From NCBI GenBank assembly GCA_032251195.1, contig JAVVEX010000001.1:1-55583 (forward strand): a DNA stretch of 55,583 nt, read 5' to 3'. Position 1 is the first letter of the stretch; each line of letters opens with the position of its first letter. The notes below the pieces were generated by a model that saw only the letters and a list, made by a program, of their open reading frames with translations, was not told where the DNA came from and searched no databases. This document shows positions 53,037 through 55,583 of this stretch, one piece after another. Source of the DNA: Nitrosomonas sp. (GTDB lineage Bacteria; Pseudomonadota; Gammaproteobacteria; Burkholderiales; Nitrosomonadaceae). The position numbers were made by a program, and so were the translations under genes.

Positions 53037-53414
53037 ATGGCTGGATTGGATTCAGGAACGCCCATTCCTACGGCATTCAAATTACATCGTCGCTCCGGTA
53101 TACTGGATGTGACTTTCAATGATGGCAAAGCTTTCAGTTTTTCCTGTGAATTTCTGCGTGTGTACTCGCCATCGGCAGAGGTGCGTGGCCATGGACCCGG
53201 ACAGGAGGTTTTGCAGCTTGGCAAAGAAGACGTATCCATTACACATATCGAACCGGTAGGAAATTATGCGGTTCGTCTGGATTTCTCCGATGGCCATAAT
53301 ACCGGTCTGTATTCCTGGGATCTGCTCTATGATTATGGATTGAAACAGGAAGCAATGTGGCAACATTATCTTCAGCGTATAAAAGCATCCGGCGGCAGCC
53401 GTACGGCGCCATAA
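53037..53414 (+). CDS. DUF971 / gamma-butyrobetaine hydroxylase N-terminal-like protein
   Basis: [29 protein letters not shown]. Confidence 0.9.
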   Translation: MAGLDSGTPIPTAFKLHRRSGILDVTFNDGKAFSFSCEFLRVYSPSAEVRGHGPGQEVLQLGKEDVSITHIEPVGNYAVRLDFSDGHNTGLYSWDLLYDYGLKQEAMWQHYLQRIKASGGSRTAP

Positions 53415-53436
53415 CTATCTGAACAAAAAATTACCG

Positions 53437-54171
53437 ATGACCAATACCACTCATTTTGGCTTTACAACTGTCAACGAAACCGAAAAAGTACGCAAGGTGG
53501 CGCAGGTATTTGATTCGGTTGCCTCACGCTATAATCTGATGAATGATCTCATGTCAATGGGCATGCATCGTTTGTGGAAACGGTTTGCTATTGAAGCCAG
53601 CGGCGTAAGAGAAAATGACAAGGTGCTTGATATTGCCGGCGGAACAGCTGATTTGACCAGATTATTTCTTGATAAAGCAGGCAGTGGTGGAGAAGTCTGG
53701 CTGACCGATATCAACAATGCCATGCTGTCGATCGGCCGTGACCGCCTGCTCAATGAAGGAAAGGAGGTGCCGGTTGCGCAATGTAATGCCGAGAGACTAC
53801 CGTTCCCCAATAACTATTTCGATCGAGTCTGCGTGGCTTTTGGTCTGAGAAACATGACGCGCAAAGACTTGGCACTCAGAGAGATGTATCGGGTCTTATC
53901 CCCAGGGGGAGCGTTAAGTGTGCTGGAGTTTTCAAAAATCTGGAAGCCATTGCAGCCTTTTTACGATGCTTATTCATTCAAAGCGCTGCCGGCCATGGGT
54001 AAACTGGTTGCCAGCGATGATGGCAGCTATCGCTATCTGGCAGAGTCCATTCGCATGCATCCCGCTCAGGAAGAATTAAAGGAAATGATGCAACAGGCTG
54101 GTTTTGAGCGGGTGGAATACTTCAATCTCACAGCTGGTGTCGTTGCGCTGCATCGTGGGTACAAGTTCTAG
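53437..54171 (+). CDS. ubiE: Ubiquinone/menaquinone C-methyltransferase
   Basis: THFGF, MNDLMS.G.HRLWK, FGLRN, YLAESI. Confidence 0.96.
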   Translation: MTNTTHFGFTTVNETEKVRKVAQVFDSVASRYNLMNDLMSMGMHRLWKRFAIEASGVRENDKVLDIAGGTADLTRLFLDKAGSGGEVWLTDINNAMLSIGRDRLLNEGKEVPVAQCNAERLPFPNNYFDRVCVAFGLRNMTRKDLALREMYRVLSPGGALSVLEFSKIWKPLQPFYDAYSFKALPAMGKLVASDDGSYRYLAESIRMHPAQEELKEMMQQAGFERVEYFNLTAGVVALHRGYKF

Positions 54172-54175
54172 AAAG

Positions 54176-55033
54176 CTATTGTTGTGTGTTTTCAGTTAAT
54201 TGTGGTGTTGTCAGCGCACTGTCCACTCCCAACATTTTTATGACATCGTCGGTTGATAAGCGAAGCAATTCGCCAATCGCATGGTAGTCATCCGGAAGCG
54301 CCGCATTATCCCAGCCATGGGCTGCGTGACGTGCAAGATTAACGGCCAGCAGCACATTGCGCACACGCGGCTGATTGACGCAGGATTCATCCAGCAAGGT
54401 AATCAACAGCTCGGGTAATTGCCAGGCAATGATAAGTTTTGATTGCAAGTCATTTATCGTAAACCCTAGTACTTTCTGCTGCGCATTGCGGCTCCGCAAG
54501 GTTGGATCCTGTTGTTGCAATGCTGCAATCTCGACCATTTTGGCCGGAGCATAACACCAGAGCAGCAATTCAGTCATATCGTGCAGCAGGGCTGCGGTGT
54601 GAATTTCTTCGAAATGAGTATCGTGCAGCCGGACAGCCCATTCAAAAGCATAATTGGCGGCAATATGGGCACGATGCATACGATGCAGAAGCTGCACCAG
54701 CGCGGCAGGGTGGGAATGGAGCAAAGTCTCTGTCTGCGATTTGGTCGTAATCTGATCAAATACATTTTCTACCCCAAGCATAATAAGCGCCTGTTCGACC
54801 TGCATAACATCATGTGTCTGACGTCGATGCTTATGTTGCTGTAAATGACGCAACAGTTTGACCGTCATCAATGGATCCTGCTTGATGATCTGAGCAGTAG
54901 CGCGCGGACTGGGGGAAGTATTCTCACGTCGTAGAAAAACCAGATCGTTGCTGGTTTTGCGTAGCACGGGGATGTCAGTCTTGCAAAGAAAATCAACCCA
55001 TTGTGAAAGGCTGGTCGTTAAACTGGTCTGCAT
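54176..55033 (-). CDS. HDOD-domain protein
   Basis: DP.MT.KLLR, A.IMLG, ALLHD, W.LP. Confidence 0.85.
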   Translation of the reverse strand: MQTSLTTSLSQWVDFLCKTDIPVLRKTSNDLVFLRRENTSPSPRATAQIIKQDPLMTVKLLRHLQQHKHRRQTHDVMQVEQALIMLGVENVFDQITTKSQTETLLHSHPAALVQLLHRMHRAHIAANYAFEWAVRLHDTHFEEIHTAALLHDMTELLLWCYAPAKMVEIAALQQQDPTLRSRNAQQKVLGFTINDLQSKLIIAWQLPELLITLLDESCVNQPRVRNVLLAVNLARHAAHGWDNAALPDDYHAIGELLRLSTDDVIKMLGVDSALTTPQLTENTQQ

Positions 55034-55109
55034 GATTTATTTTGCTGATAGCGGGTCAGGTTAAAGTGTCATGCAGACTGTTTCGGCAAATTCAAAGAAT
55101 AATATGCCT

Positions 55110-55583
55110 CTATACTATTTTCAGTTTGATCTGAGTGTGCGTTAGGCAAGCAGTAAGAAGGCGTAGCGGCAACTCGGCCTCCCACATACGCCGGTTGAAA
55201 CGGTAGCAGAACTCATTGAGATACTCTTGCAGATACTGGGACGATACGCCGTGATAAGTGCCCAACAGAAATGCCTTGAGGTTGCCGATGGCAATATGCA
55301 CCCAGGGCAGCCATTCACCCGCCATATCAGGCGGCGTCACCCGTGCGGCATGATGTTGGGTTTTGCCAATTTCTGTCAGGGAAGCCAGCGCATCGCTACG
55401 CACCAACTGACTGGGCGGGAGATGACATTGAATAAACTTTGCTACTGTTTCATGAGTAACAGCAGAGACCTGTTGCATGGCGATAAATCCGGCACACTTG
55501 CTCCGGTTCTCAATTGCTACCAGTATTGGGGTTTTACCTTCGGCACCACGACCTCGCTTTCCACTGCGGCGACCACCCACCAA
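55110..55583 (-). mobile_element. IS1595-family transposase, C-terminal part (truncated by window edge)
   Basis: GKRGRGA, SDA, LPWVH..IGNLK, GTYHGV, YLNEFCYRFNRR. Confidence 0.9.

Noticed and set aside
55085-55109. IS1595 transposase as the mobiliser of the MITEs
   Set aside because: Sequence at the IS end does not match either MITE terminal repeat convincingly, and the other IS end is outside the window

Overview
Largely core-genome window from a betaproteobacterial ammonia oxidiser, most likely Nitrosomonas. The main support is a close homologue of the HAO-binding protein NE1300, plus the housekeeping gene content. Gene order: dnaK(3')-dnaJ, MscK-like channel, RIO kinase, Lpp/OprI lipoprotein, an adk-pfp-hppA-fbaB pyrophosphate-linked cluster, recA-recX-alaS, Tat-type intradiol dioxygenase, trxB, smr, a protease-rimK-deacylase operon, GNAT, M16 peptidase, alr, PPIase, yciI, rubredoxin reductase, lolCD, a GCS2 ligase + M14 peptidase pair, the NE1300 homologue, flhB-flhA-flhF-flhG-fliA, apaG, a c-di-GMP-I riboswitch ahead of a subtilase, an exosortase-A-associated ACP/hydrolase/GT cluster, yajC-secDF, dedA, ubiE, an HDOD protein and a partial IS1595 transposase. 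Intergenic space holds two families of short MITE-like repeats (about 9 copies or remnants), some coinciding with start or stop codons. Other unusual signals are a perfect 38-bp palindrome, an apparent ATT start for adk, and a long structured leader on the NE1300 homologue. All calls were made by eye from motifs; no searches were run.
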